Assembly: GCA_038087875.1 (NCBI GenBank)
Contig: CM075995.1
Coordinates: 3,536,001-3,600,000 of the forward strand
Direction: 5' to 3'
From: Malacoraja senta
Lineage: Eukaryota
DNA length: 64,000 nucleotides
Each line of letters begins with the position of its first letter. The stretch's first letter is position 1. The position numbers and the translations under genes were made by a program. The notes under the pieces were generated by a model. That model made no database searches and was not told where the DNA came from. It saw only the letters and a program-made list of their open reading frames with translations. Positions 62,655 through 64,000 of the stretch are shown in pieces.

Positions 62655-62815
62655 TGGGCCTGTCCCACTTACACAACTTTTTCGGCGACTGCCGGCACCC
62701 GTCATAGGCCGATGCAGGTCGGCGAAAATGTTCAACATGTTGAGATTTCAGTGGCGACCAGAAAGACACTACAACTCTTTGGGCGACTGAGGAGACGACT
62801 CACGACCATACAGGC
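62655..62815. mobile_element. Half of a Harbinger-like MITE (same family as 52623-52963)
   Basis: TAA + TGGGCCTGTCCCACTTACAC; cut near its centre by the next element. Confidence 0.8.
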
Positions 62816-64000
62816 CAGGCACGTGCCGTCAGGGTAGGCAAGGTAGGCACTGCCTACCCTGACTAAAATTATAAAATGGTAATAACTAAATATAAATAGT
62901 AAAGGCATGGGAGAATTATGCCTATCTAAGAGATCGATCTCTTAGGTAGGCATAATTCTCCGTGCCTTTCATCCGCAGCACTTGCAACCCTTGAAGGTCT
63001 GTGCAGCCCACGTGCCGTCAGCGCTGCTTCAAGCCGTCAATTTCAAGCGGGGCTGAAGGCAGCAGAAATTCTGCCTTTGCAGCACTGGGCAGGTGCAGCA
63101 GCCTACTGCGCATGCGCAGTGCTGGTTTCTTGGCGGGGTTTTCAAATATTGATTGTCATTATTTTAAGTGTATCTTAGGAAACAGAGAGAGAAGAATGGA
63201 GCTCATGTACCAATGATGTGGTAAGTACATTTCTTGGTGATGTTTTTAAATACCGTATTTCTCGGGGTGTGGGGGTGGGGGGAGAGCTACTTTCACAGCG
63301 TTTGGGGAGTCTGGCCCGGGGTAAAGTTGCGGGGAGGGCACGAATGTTGTGAAGGAGGGGATCGGGATAATGCCACTTGCGATGCTCCTTGCACGGAGCC
63401 ATCGCATTGAGGCGGGGGGGGGGGGTAGAGAAGCAGTTTGGGTGGCTGTGGCGGCCGCCGGGCCGGACAGCGGAACCGGCCGCTACCTCAGTGCCTTTTG
63501 CCGGCCCCCGCTCACCTCTGGCAGCTCTCCATCTAAAAACCTCTCTGCTGCCGCTCGCTGGCCTCACTCATGTCCCGCAAATCCTTAAATTCCAACAGCG
63601 CGATTGAGGTTACTCGGCTGTGGGAATTTAAGGATTTGCAGGAAGCGGCTGACATGAGCGAGCGGCAGGTGAGATGTGTTCAGACAGAGAGAACTGCCAG
63701 AGGTGAGCGCTGAAGTGGCGGCCAGTTCTGCTGTCAGGTCCCAGCGGCTGCTCGCAGCTCCCCGAGCTGCTTCTATCCCTGGCTACAGTGCAGTGGCTTC
63801 GTGCCCGGAGAGCTGCGGCAGCGGTGAGTGAGTGAGTTAGTTACTGGCATTATCCCTGACCCCCTCCTTCTCAACGCTCCTGCCCTCCCCGCAACTTTAC
63901 CCCTGGCACAGACTCTCCACACGCTGTGAAAGGAACTCTCCCCCCAATTGGTCCCTTGAACAAGTGTTGTCATTCAATAAGATGACAACTGATTCAACTT
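62816..64000. mobile_element. Probable hAT-like DNA element running off the window end
   Basis: Starts CAGGCACGTGCCGTCAGGGTAGGCAAGGTAGGCACTGCCTACCC; contains internal palindromes; the other end is not visible. Confidence 0.45.

Overview
Eukaryotic, repeat-dense, apparently non-genic (intergenic or intronic) DNA. The tRNA-headed V-domain SINEs with (CTAAA)n tails, plus CR1, Rex1, L1, RTE and Penelope fragments, point to a cartilaginous fish, most likely a skate or ray (inference). I recognise no host exon; every long ORF is a retroelement remnant or a simple-repeat artefact. Structurally well-defined elements: a DIRS1-type retrotransposon with intact ITR/ICR termini but decayed ORFs (18634-23031), a non-autonomous Helitron carrying several tandem arrays (38433-41285), a solo LTR, several MITE families with TSDs, and two 5'-truncated L1s with TSDs. 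The most interesting signals are RNA-structural. First, a ~138-bp retroposon (54558-54695, minus strand) whose 5' end folds by eye into a compact, nearly P4-less HDV/CPEB3-like ribozyme starting exactly at the insertion boundary. Second, about 20 copies of a minimal hammerhead motif in Penelope-derived terminal repeats. Third, a highly structured 272-bp (GAT)n-tailed SINE. All folds and family calls were made by eye, without computation or database searches.
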